A DNA stretch of 32,180 bases from Pseudorhodobacter sp. GTDB taxonomy: Bacteria; Pseudomonadota; Alphaproteobacteria; Rhodobacterales; Rhodobacteraceae. The stretch is from NCBI GenBank assembly GCA_014378345.1, contig JACMNW010000052.1, forward strand, positions 1-32,180, in the 5' to 3' direction. This document shows, piece after piece, positions 18,254 to 26,345 of the stretch. Within the stretch, counting starts at the first letter, position 1. Every line of letters starts with the position of its first letter. A program made the position numbers and the translations under genes. The notes under the pieces were generated by a model that saw only the letters and a program-made list of their open reading frames with translations, ran no database searches and was not told where the DNA came from.

Positions 18254-18699
18254 ATGCGCTGGTTCCCAATATCTTTTGTGGCCCTGCTTCTGGCTGCCCC
18301 CTTCATGCTGAAACAATCCTTCGGGTGATAAGTTTCACTGTCTGGGGGGCTGGCGGAATGAAGGAAACGGCATCGATGAAACCGTTGCCGCCATCAAAGC
18401 TGCTGGGGCCGATGTCGTGGGTGTGCAGGAAACCAAATTGGACCCTGATCCCTGCACCGCGACCGATTGCATCGCCGTTGGCCAGTCTGTTGCGCCCGCG
18501 ATTGCCAAGGCGTTGGGTTGGTGTGTCTATGATCAACGTCCTGTGAATGATGCACTTTGGGCGAACCTTTTCGCAACTGATCTGGCAGCCGCAGAAGCGG
18601 CAGATGCAGTTTATGTGACCGGAGATTTCAATGAGTGACATCAAAGTAATACTATGGCCATCCGATCACAGGGCGACGGTGGCTGAAGTTCACTTCTGA
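18254..18699 (+). pseudogene. decayed endonuclease/exonuclease/phosphatase (EEP) family gene
   Basis: Family motifs are scattered over all three plus-strand frames. They are a signal peptide (MRWFPISFVALLLAAPF, stop at about 18326), LRVISFTVWGAGG, GIDETVAAIKAAGADVVGVQETK...VTGDFNE-stop (18638), then WPSDHRATVAEVHF-stop (18655-18699). The total is about 445 nt against roughly 800+ nt expected, so there are frameshifts plus internal deletions. Confidence 0.6.
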
Positions 18700-18787
18700 T
18701 CAGCGCCCCGGTTTTAGTCATATTTGCCAGACTGTTCACCGCGCCGTTGTCGCAGTAGGTTCACCCCAAAGAGCCAAGAGGAATTTC

Positions 18788-20527
18788 ATGGATCAGACAA
18801 CAGTCCAGCGCGGCCAGATGGCGGCAATCGGAGCTTTAGCAGGGCTAAGCGTCTACGGTCTGAGTCAAATCATCGACAGTGATATGCTAAGTGATCGCGC
18901 AGTCTTGGCGCTGGTCACTTTCGCGGCGACAGTCTTTACCGGTGTTCTGGCATTGGCCGGGCCTCTTACAATTTTGCGTGCAGCACTTGCGTCGGCCTGT
19001 CTGGCGCTGGTGACAACGGGTCTTTTGCTGGGCGCAAGTTTCAGGTTTGCAGTAGCGGACAACATTTTCAATAGTCCGTTTCCCGCTTTGGCCGCTATGG
19101 TTGTTGGTCTGGTGCCACTGCCGTTCATTATCGCGGCCTTTGGCACCGGCTGGCGCGATTATCCCGCCTTGTTTTCTGCCGCCTGGACCATCGTTGTGCG
19201 TTATGCGGCGTCTTGGGTCTTTGTTGGTGTGGTTTGGGGCGTCATCTTTTTGTCGGATACCTTGCTGTCGGTCGTTGGCCTTAGGGTCATCCGAGATCTT
19301 ATCGATATCGAAGTCGTGCCATTTCTTGTGACAGGCCTGACGCTTGGCCTTGGTTTGGCGGTCGTGCAGGAAATGAAAGACTATGTGTCACCCTATCTGA
19401 TCTTGCGCATGTTGCGGCTTTTGCTGCCGGCGGTGTTGTTGGTGTTGGTGGTGTTTATTGTGGCGCTGCCAGTGCAGGGGCTGTCTGGGCTGTTTGGCGG
19501 GTTGTCAGTTGCCGCAACGCTTCTTGCAATGACCGCAGCCGCCGCCACGCTGATCACTACGGCAATTGATCAAAGCGATGCCGAGGCCACGCAGAGCCCA
19601 CTTCTTTCCGGCGCGACCCAAGCTTTGGCGGCAATTTTGCCCATTCCCGCAGGCCTTGCTGCCTATTCCATTTGGCTACGGGTTGACCAGTATGGTTGGA
19701 CACCTGATCGTTTGTTCGCGGCCGTCGTCGCCGTTTTGGCGCTGGGTTACAGTCTGCTTTACGCCGCTGCCTTTTTGCGCAGAAAAAACTGGATGGGGGG
19801 AATTCGCAGGGCAAACATCTATATGGCCGTGGCGGGGATGGCAGCGGCTGTGATGTGGCTTACGCCAATTTTGAACGCGGAGCGCATTTCTGCAAATACT
19901 CTGGTTGACCGCTATCAATCGGGCAAAACCCTGGCTGCGGAATTGGATGTAAGCCAACTGGTGGTGTGGGGCAATGCAGGGGCAGCGGCGCTGGAAACCT
20001 TGCAGGTTTTGGCAAAAGAACCCGGTCAAGATGCCTTGGCTGCGGCCTTATCAAAGGCGGCGACCACCACATACTCGGATGCGGCAGACCCGGATCCGGC
20101 CAAAGCATTGGCTGACCTTGTTGCAGCGTTGCCCCTGCAGCCTACGATGGCGACTAGCGACAGGGATCGTATTTTATCAGGGGTGCAGGGTTATGAATTG
20201 GTCAGTTGGCTTAAAGCCTGCAAAACCCCACTGGCAGATGGCAAGCCCGGTTGCGTGATGGTCATCGCCGATTTTTCGCCACTATATTCCGGTAATGAAG
20301 CGATCATTGTGCTTCGCGATACAGGCGATGCCATGCGATATGAAGCTTTTGTTCAAATTGATGGAACGGTAGAACGGCGCACAGTTTCAACGATCAACGG
20401 AGATTTGCCCTATGATGCAACCGGGGCAGAGTTGATAGCACAGATGCAAGCAATTCCGCCCAAAATTACCCCGGTTCCCCTGAACCAGATCAGTGTTGGT
20501 GACCGCAGCCTGTTGATCTTTCCCTAG
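18788..20527 (+). CDS. polytopic membrane protein of unknown function (about 11 TM segments + about 215-aa C-terminal soluble domain; possibly DUF4153-like, unverified)
   Basis: 579-aa ORF with a good SD (AAGAGGAA, 5-6 nt before the ATG). Residues 1-360 are almost entirely hydrophobic helices. The C-terminal part is hydrophilic with a Cys pair (CKTPLADGKPGC). I saw no recognisable catalytic motif. Confidence 0.75.
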   Translation: MDQTTVQRGQMAAIGALAGLSVYGLSQIIDSDMLSDRAVLALVTFAATVFTGVLALAGPLTILRAALASACLALVTTGLLLGASFRFAVADNIFNSPFPALAAMVVGLVPLPFIIAAFGTGWRDYPALFSAAWTIVVRYAASWVFVGVVWGVIFLSDTLLSVVGLRVIRDLIDIEVVPFLVTGLTLGLGLAVVQEMKDYVSPYLILRMLRLLLPAVLLVLVVFIVALPVQGLSGLFGGLSVAATLLAMTAAAATLITTAIDQSDAEATQSPLLSGATQALAAILPIPAGLAAYSIWLRVDQYGWTPDRLFAAVVAVLALGYSLLYAAAFLRRKNWMGGIRRANIYMAVAGMAAAVMWLTPILNAERISANTLVDRYQSGKTLAAELDVSQLVVWGNAGAAALETLQVLAKEPGQDALAAALSKAATTTYSDAADPDPAKALADLVAALPLQPTMATSDRDRILSGVQGYELVSWLKACKTPLADGKPGCVMVIADFSPLYSGNEAIIVLRDTGDAMRYEAFVQIDGTVERRTVSTINGDLPYDATGAELIAQMQAIPPKITPVPLNQISVGDRSLLIFP

Positions 20528-20616
20528 ACTGGGCAGGTTAACGCCAATGGGTATCTGTAAGGGTTTTGTTAACACCTTGACGCTAGGCTTTGTGCAACAA
20601 GCAAGGACAAGGGCCC

Positions 20617-21204
20617 ATGCACGGTCTTATTAACCGATCATTACAATGCTTTTTGCGTGACACGTACGGACCCCAAGCGTGGGGTACCATTTCGCGTGAC
20701 GCGGGCCTTGGTTTTGACAGTTTTGAAGCCATGCTTGCCTATGATGCAACGCTGACCGAAGATGTTATCCGTGCCGCGATGCGCCACTTGGACCGGCCTC
20801 GCGAAACAATGTTGGAAGACTTGGGAACCTATCTAGTCAGCCATCCGAACGTCGAAGCGTTACGCAGGTTACTGCGGTTTGGCGGGGTCACTTTTGTGGA
20901 TTTTCTTCATTCGCTGGAAGACTTGCCGGGCCGTGGCCGCATGGCGGTGCCTGACCTCGATTTGCCAAACCTGACGCTGGTTGGGGATGGTGATGATCAG
21001 TTTCGGTTGAGCTGTAGTAATTCCGTCAACGGAATTGGCTTTGTGATGCTGGGGCTTTTGCGCGCAATGGCAGATGATTATGGCACGCTTGTTTTGTTGG
21101 AACATCAAGGGTTTTCCAATCAGGCAGAGGTGATCAGCATCCAAATTCTGGAAGAAAGCTTTGCCGTTGGACGACGCTTTGATCTTGCGGCACGGTTGAG
21201 CTGA
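20617..21204 (+). CDS. H-NOX (HNOB)-like domain protein, apparently lacking canonical heme ligands
   Basis: The ORF is 20590-21204. The Met at 20617 gives MHGLINRSLQCFLRDTYGPQAWGTISRDAGL, which aligns residue-for-residue with the H-NOX N-terminus of sGC beta1 ([31 protein letters not shown]). FLHSLEDLP aligns with FLQNLDALH, and LSCSNSVNGIGFVMLGLL aligns with LHYYSEREGLQDIVIGII. Confidence 0.8.
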   Translation: MHGLINRSLQCFLRDTYGPQAWGTISRDAGLGFDSFEAMLAYDATLTEDVIRAAMRHLDRPRETMLEDLGTYLVSHPNVEALRRLLRFGGVTFVDFLHSLEDLPGRGRMAVPDLDLPNLTLVGDGDDQFRLSCSNSVNGIGFVMLGLLRAMADDYGTLVLLEHQGFSNQAEVISIQILEESFAVGRRFDLAARLS

Positions 21205-21207
21205 CCC

Positions 21208-22215
21208 ATGGATGGAAGTCTGGTGAATGCCGATATCGAGCTAAGTGTTTCAGCGCTTGACCAGTTGATGCCTATGCACCTTTGGGTATCGGCAGACGGC
21301 CTGATCGTCAGTGCGGGGCCGACACTGGCCAAGCTGTTTCCGCAAACAAACATGCGGGCGCATAGGCTGCTTGATTTATTCGAAATTCGACGTCCCGGCG
21401 GTGTGTTGGATATTTCAGATTTAGCGGCTCACGCGGGACAAAGGCTTTATCTTGGGCTGCGTGGATGTGCATTGCCTCCGTTGCGGGGTATTGCTTTATT
21501 GCCTGCGAATGGCCAGGGATTCTTGTTGAATCTCTCTTTTGGCATTGGTGTGGTTGAAGCGGTTCGGCATCATCAACTGACAGATGCCGATTTCGCACCT
21601 ACCGATCTTGCCGTTGAATTGCTGTATCTGGTTGAAGCAAAATCCGCGGTTATGGATGAACTTCGTAATCTGAACCTGCGGTTGCAGGGCGCGAAAGTAG
21701 CTGCGGAAGTACAGGCTCTTACAGACACGTTGACGGGGCTGCGCAATCGCCGCGCGCTTGATCATGACCTGAGCAGCCTTTTGCAGCAAATAAGGCCCTT
21801 TAGCCTAATGCACATTGATCTTGATTATTTCAAAGCTGTGAATGACACGCTGGGCCATCCGGCGGGCGATCATGTGTTGCGTGAGGTGGCCAAGGTTCTT
21901 AGCGCGGAAACACGCGATGGCGACACCGTTGCACGGGTTGGCGGGGATGAGTTTGTCGTCGTTTTACCGGCACTTGCGGATACGGCCAAACTCGACCAAA
22001 TTGCCTTGCGGATCATCGCGAGATTAAGCGTGCCAATGGAATTTGACGGCAAAGTCTGCCAGATTGCTGCAAGTATTGGCATGACCCGGTCGACACATTA
22101 TGCCCGGCCAAATGCCGAACAGATGTTAAGTGATGCCGATCAAGCGCTCTATGCGTCAAAACGTGCTGGCCGTGCGCAGGCGACACTGTTTTCCACCGAA
22201 CTGGGTGCGCAGTAG
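21208..22215 (+). CDS. diguanylate cyclase with N-terminal HNOBA-like (PAS-like) domain, signalling helix and GGDEF domain (I-site present)
   Basis: 335-aa ORF starting 3 nt after the H-NOX-like stop. The N-terminal MPMHLWVSADGLIVSAGPTLAKLFP...LLDLFEIRRP...LRGIALLPANGQGFLLNLSF...LTDADFAPTDLAVELLYL resembles the sGC HNOBA region ([20 protein letters not shown]...LKGQMIYLPE...LYLSDIPLHDATRDLVLL). It continues with LTGLRNRR, DLDYFKAVND, and RDGD-x5-GGDEF. Confidence 0.9.
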   Translation: MDGSLVNADIELSVSALDQLMPMHLWVSADGLIVSAGPTLAKLFPQTNMRAHRLLDLFEIRRPGGVLDISDLAAHAGQRLYLGLRGCALPPLRGIALLPANGQGFLLNLSFGIGVVEAVRHHQLTDADFAPTDLAVELLYLVEAKSAVMDELRNLNLRLQGAKVAAEVQALTDTLTGLRNRRALDHDLSSLLQQIRPFSLMHIDLDYFKAVNDTLGHPAGDHVLREVAKVLSAETRDGDTVARVGGDEFVVVLPALADTAKLDQIALRIIARLSVPMEFDGKVCQIAASIGMTRSTHYARPNAEQMLSDADQALYASKRAGRAQATLFSTELGAQ

Positions 22216-22284
22216 CACATCGTAGAATGACTTTGAGGCCAGCACTGGCCGGTATTCCGCAGTGCGCAGCATGGACCAGATTGC

Positions 22285-23106
22285 TTATTGATCTATGCCT
22301 GATCCCATTATCGCAATCGCCTCTTGGTAGACGCTGGCAGCATTCCATTCTTTAATGATGGCATAGTTTGGCTCGCCTTTTTGGTAGCCTGCGCCGCGCT
22401 TCCAGCCTTTTTGCGCCAGGAAATTCGCGGTGGATGCCAAAGCATCGGTTTGGTTGGTCAAATCAACCAGACCGTCGCCATTGCCATCAACGCCGTAGGC
22501 CAGCACATTTCCGGGCAGAAACTGGGTGTGCCCGATTTCGCCGTGTTTTGCCCCAATCGTTTTTGTGTTTATGGTCCCGCGATCTACAAGTTCCAATGCA
22601 GCCAAAAGATGCCCGGTAAAGAATTCAGTCCGGCGGCAATCATAGGCAAGCGTCGCGATGGCAGACACCACATTGGTATCGCCCATAAAGCCGCCAAAGC
22701 CAGTTTCCATGCCGTGAATCGCCAAAACCACCCCTGCGGGCACCCCGTAACTGCGTTCCAACCCAGCGTAAAAGTCGGCATTTTTGGCCTTGCGCTTGCG
22801 CCCTTGGGACACAATCGCATCGGCACCGCGTACCTGCAGAAATTTCGATAAGGTATATTTGAAACTTTTTTGATTGCGATCTGCGCCAATTGTCTTTGTC
22901 GAATAGCTGGTGCCCATCAAGGCCTTCTGCCCTCGCGCACCAACCCCGGCACGGCCTGCTTCCTTTGTCATTACCGATTTCCAGTCCTCGTAACCGGCTG
23001 CTGTGTTGCCACAGGGTGCAGACAAAGCGGGCAATGACAGGGCAGAAAAAACACAAACGATAGCCAAGCGTAAAAAACAAATCTTCAGCACCTGATCACC
23101 CATCAT
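22285..23106 (-). CDS. lytic murein transglycosylase (MltB/SLT_2-like)
   Basis: 273-aa ORF with a signal peptide (AIVCVFSALSLPALSA). It has a catalytic-Glu context (LAIHGMETGFGGFMG) and the motif GHTQFLPGNVLAYGVDGNGDG typical of this family. Confidence 0.85.
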   Translation of the reverse strand: MMGDQVLKICFLRLAIVCVFSALSLPALSAPCGNTAAGYEDWKSVMTKEAGRAGVGARGQKALMGTSYSTKTIGADRNQKSFKYTLSKFLQVRGADAIVSQGRKRKAKNADFYAGLERSYGVPAGVVLAIHGMETGFGGFMGDTNVVSAIATLAYDCRRTEFFTGHLLAALELVDRGTINTKTIGAKHGEIGHTQFLPGNVLAYGVDGNGDGLVDLTNQTDALASTANFLAQKGWKRGAGYQKGEPNYAIIKEWNAASVYQEAIAIMGSGIDQ

Positions 23107-23205
23107 TCATGTTCAAAACAACAGTTTATACAGTCCACCAAGCGTTGCAAGTGACACTGACTTTGCTGCAGATGTTTCATCACAGCCGATTGTATGTTGA
23201 AAAGA

Positions 23206-23280
23206 TGGCAGTCCGTAGGGGAGTTGAACCCCTCTTCCCAGGTTGAAAACCTGGTGTCCTAACCGATAGACGAACGGACC
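23206..23280 (-). tRNA. tRNA-Glu (anticodon UUC), CCA encoded
   Basis: The reverse complement folds by hand as GGUCCGU UC GUC UAUCGGUUA GGAC A CCAGG UUUUCAA CCUGG GAAG AGGGG UUCAACU CCCCU ACGGACU G CCA. It has a 7-bp acceptor stem (first pair G1-U72 wobble), a 5-bp anticodon stem and a 5-bp T stem. It is close to E. coli tRNA-Glu in the D and T arms. Confidence 0.9.
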
Positions 23281-23433
23281 ACTATCTAAGGCGTGTATTA
23301 GTCGCGCGCTTCCCGACTCGCAAGTCAAAAAATGAGTTTTCTTGACCGCGATTCAGGTGAGGAAACCTTTCGTAGGTTTTCCATTGAAAAAGGCGCTGCA
23401 AGCCTTGCACAACACAGTTGCCAAAAACTCAAG

Positions 23434-25179
23434 TCAGACCCGGGCCGCATCTTCAAGCCGCAACTGAACCTTTGATCGCCCTGCATAAGTGTTGATCTCT
23501 AGCCGCCCCGCCAAATGAAAACGTTGGTGGCCCGGGTTTTCAAGTGCTGCGCCAAGCGGGCCATCGAAGGCCCCGAAAGCGACCGCTTCAAGTTTGTTGC
23601 CACCCGGATCGCCAAAGCTTAGCCGCAGGTGATTTTCGCCTATCCGGCGCCCGGTCACCGCCTGATCCGCAAAGGCAAATCTTGGCGCGGGGGCTGCTGC
23701 GCCAAATGGTCCGGCTTGGTCGATCTGTTCCACCAGCTGCAGTGTCGCCGCCCCCGGCATCAATAACCCGTCCAGCCGCAAATCGGCAGGACCGGCATCG
23801 CCGGCACCTTGTTTGGCAAGTAACTCGCCCAAGCGTGCCATCGCTGCATCCAGTTGGTCCCGCGCCACAGACAGACCCGCCGCCATTTTATGACCGCCCC
23901 CCCGTAAAAGCAGCCCTTCACTGGCCAATCGGTGAATTGCTGCCCCAAGATCGACCCCGGAAATAGACCTCCCCGATCCCTTGCCTTCTGTTCCGTCCAG
24001 ACCGATGACCACGGCAGGCCGGTTCGCGGCTTCTTTCAGACGTGCGGCCACAATGCCTACCACGCCAGGATGCCAACCTTCACCCGCCGCCCAAACCAAG
24101 GGCGCATCAAAGCCGCGCGCCTCAGCTTGCGCCATGGCGGCAGCCCGCACTGCGGCTTCGATATCGCGGCGCTCAGAATTCAGTACATCAAGCCGTTCGG
24201 CCAATGCCGCAGCTTCGTGCGCATCTTCGGTTGCAAGCAACCTTGCACCCAGATCGGCCTGCCCGATACGCCCCCCGGCATTGACCCTTGGCCCCAAAAG
24301 AAAGCCAAGTGAATAGGGCGTTGGTGCCTGATCCATTCGCGCCACATCGGCAAGGGCGCGGATACCAACCCGGTCGCGCCGCGCCATCACCTTTAGCCCC
24401 TGACGCACGAACGCCCGGTTCACCCCGATAAGCGGGGCCACATCCGCCACAGTTGCCAGCGCCACCAGATCCAGCATTGCCATCAGATCCGGCCCTTGCG
24501 AGCCTTCCTTGCGCATTTGCCGGTTCGCCTCGACCAGCATCAAAAATACGACGCCCGCCGCGCAGAGATGGCCAAGCGATCCGTCCTCGTCTTGCCGGTT
24601 TGGGTTCACCACGCAATAGGCGGGCGGCAGGGTTTCAGCCCCAAGGTGATGGTCCAGAACAACAACATCAGCGCCTTTTGCAGCGGCAATCGGATCATGG
24701 CTTAAGGTGCCGCAATCCACGCAAAGGATCAGGTCATGCGACGCAGCAAGATCGGCCATGGCGGGCACATTGGGGCCATAGCCTTCATCAATACGGTCCG
24801 GAATGTACAGGGTTGCTTGCCGCCCCAGCGCGCGAAGCCAAATGATCAACAGCGCAGCCGAAGCCCCGCCATCTACATCGTAATCGGCAAAGATAGCGAT
24901 TTTCTGCCCGGACCTGACCGCCTGCAACACCCGTGCTGCGGCTTTCGCCATATCTTTCAGGCGCAACGGATCTGGCAATAAATCGCGCAGCAGGGGTGCC
25001 AAAAACGCGCTGGCGTCCGCCGGACCCACCCCGCGCGCAGCCAAAGTGTGGCACAACGCCAGTGGCAATGATGCGATCTGCGCCATGGCTTCAGCCCGGC
25101 GGCTTTGATCATCCGAAGGACCAATCCAACGCCGCCCGGTCAGCGACGTTTCAACATTCAGAAACGCGGGGGTAATCAT
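23434..25179 (-). CDS. recJ: single-stranded-DNA-specific exonuclease RecJ
   Basis: 581-aa ORF with the DHH family motifs (IAIFADYDVDGGAS, VVVLDHH, GGGHKMAAG) in RecJ order. Confidence 0.95.
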   Translation of the reverse strand: MITPAFLNVETSLTGRRWIGPSDDQSRRAEAMAQIASLPLALCHTLAARGVGPADASAFLAPLLRDLLPDPLRLKDMAKAAARVLQAVRSGQKIAIFADYDVDGGASAALLIIWLRALGRQATLYIPDRIDEGYGPNVPAMADLAASHDLILCVDCGTLSHDPIAAAKGADVVVLDHHLGAETLPPAYCVVNPNRQDEDGSLGHLCAAGVVFLMLVEANRQMRKEGSQGPDLMAMLDLVALATVADVAPLIGVNRAFVRQGLKVMARRDRVGIRALADVARMDQAPTPYSLGFLLGPRVNAGGRIGQADLGARLLATEDAHEAAALAERLDVLNSERRDIEAAVRAAAMAQAEARGFDAPLVWAAGEGWHPGVVGIVAARLKEAANRPAVVIGLDGTEGKGSGRSISGVDLGAAIHRLASEGLLLRGGGHKMAAGLSVARDQLDAAMARLGELLAKQGAGDAGPADLRLDGLLMPGAATLQLVEQIDQAGPFGAAAPAPRFAFADQAVTGRRIGENHLRLSFGDPGGNKLEAVAFGAFDGPLGAALENPGHQRFHLAGRLEINTYAGRSKVQLRLEDAARV

Positions 25180-25291
25180 CGGTCAGATGTGCCCCATCCG
25201 CCCTTCAATCGCAACCCTGTGTCGCGACACAAAGGGTTTCAGAAAATCCTTAGAAATAGCTTTCTAAAAACTTTTGATGCTTAAATCTCGG

Positions 25292-26257
25292 TTATTTAAC
25301 GGGGCTGCGGTACGACATACGGCGCACCGACCCGGTCTTAGAGCGCATCAAAATAGTCTCGGTCGTCACCCAACCCGGCTCCATCTGGATGCCTTTCAGG
25401 ATTGACCCTTGTGTAACACCTGTGGCTGCGAAAATCACATCCGCCGTCACCAGATCGTCGCGCGTGTAAATGCGGTTGAAGTCTGTGATGCCGGCCCTGC
25501 GCGCTCGACCACGTTCATCATCATTGCGAAACAGCAATCTGCCATACATCTGGCCGCCCATGCACTTTAGCGCCGCCGCGGCAAGCACGCCTTCCGGTGC
25601 CCCGCCAGATCCCATATACATATCAATCCCGGTCGTCGCAGCCTCTGCGCAGTGAATTATGCCTGCCACATCGCCGTCAGTGATCAGCCTTATCGCAGCC
25701 CCTGTTGCGCGCAGTTCTTCGATCATCGCTTCGTGCCTTGGCCGTTCCAGCACGCAAACGGTGATGTCACTGGAGGCACATCCTTTTGCCGCAGCCAAAG
25801 CGCGCACGCGGTCAGAGGGGCTCATGTTCATTGTCACAGTATCCACCGGATATCCCGGCCCGATCGCCAGCTTTTCCATGTAAACGTCTGGTGCATGCAG
25901 CAAAGTGCCGCGTGGGGCCATGGCGATTACGGTCAGGGCGTTCGGCATATCCTTGGCGGTAAGCGTGGTGCCTTCCAGCGGATCAAGTGCTATGTCCACG
26001 GCAGGGCCATTACCCGTGCCAACCTTTTCGCCGATATACAGCATCGGCGCTTCGTCCCGCTCGCCTTCACCAATCACAACGACACCCGCAATATCCAGCA
26101 GGTTCAACTGATCCCGCATCGCGTTTACCGCCGCTTGATCCGCCGCTTTTTCATCGCCCCGGCCAATTAAAGCAGCCGATGCCAAAGCGGCTGCTTCAGA
26201 AACTCGGGCAAGACCAAGCGACAAGAGCCGATCCTGAAATTCTTCAACAGTCGCCAT
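25292..26257 (-). CDS. glpX: class II fructose-1,6-bisphosphatase (GlpX type)
   Basis: The ORF is 25292-26284. I prefer the ATG at 26257 (MATVEEFQDRLL...) because AAGGA precedes it by about 10 nt. The sequence is typical GlpX (RVSEAAALASA...GRGDEKAADQAAV, VDIALDPLEGTT, GSGGAPEGVLAAAALKC). Confidence 0.92.
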   Translation of the reverse strand: MATVEEFQDRLLSLGLARVSEAAALASAALIGRGDEKAADQAAVNAMRDQLNLLDIAGVVVIGEGERDEAPMLYIGEKVGTGNGPAVDIALDPLEGTTLTAKDMPNALTVIAMAPRGTLLHAPDVYMEKLAIGPGYPVDTVTMNMSPSDRVRALAAAKGCASSDITVCVLERPRHEAMIEELRATGAAIRLITDGDVAGIIHCAEAATTGIDMYMGSGGAPEGVLAAAALKCMGGQMYGRLLFRNDDERGRARRAGITDFNRIYTRDDLVTADVIFAATGVTQGSILKGIQMEPGWVTTETILMRSKTGSVRRMSYRSPVK

Positions 26258-26345
26258 AATGGGGTGTTCCTTTAAACCAGACACAATTGCTGCGTCTCTC
26301 CTAGCCTGCCCTGATGGGATTGGGCAAGCTTGGTGGCGCTAACAG

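Noticed and set aside
22216-22284. GGCCAGCACTGGCC hairpin between the convergent GGDEF and transglycosylase genes, considered as a bidirectional terminator
   Set aside because: The stem is only 5 bp once a viable loop is allowed, and there is no U-tract on either strand. This is too weak to call.
18180-23205. Genomic island integrated at the 3' end of tRNA-Glu (covering the pseudogene, the signalling genes and the lytic transglycosylase)
   Set aside because: There is no integrase or recombinase. I could find no direct repeat of the tRNA 3' end (TGGCAGTCCGTAGGGG...) near 18180-18260. The composition is similar to the flanking genes.
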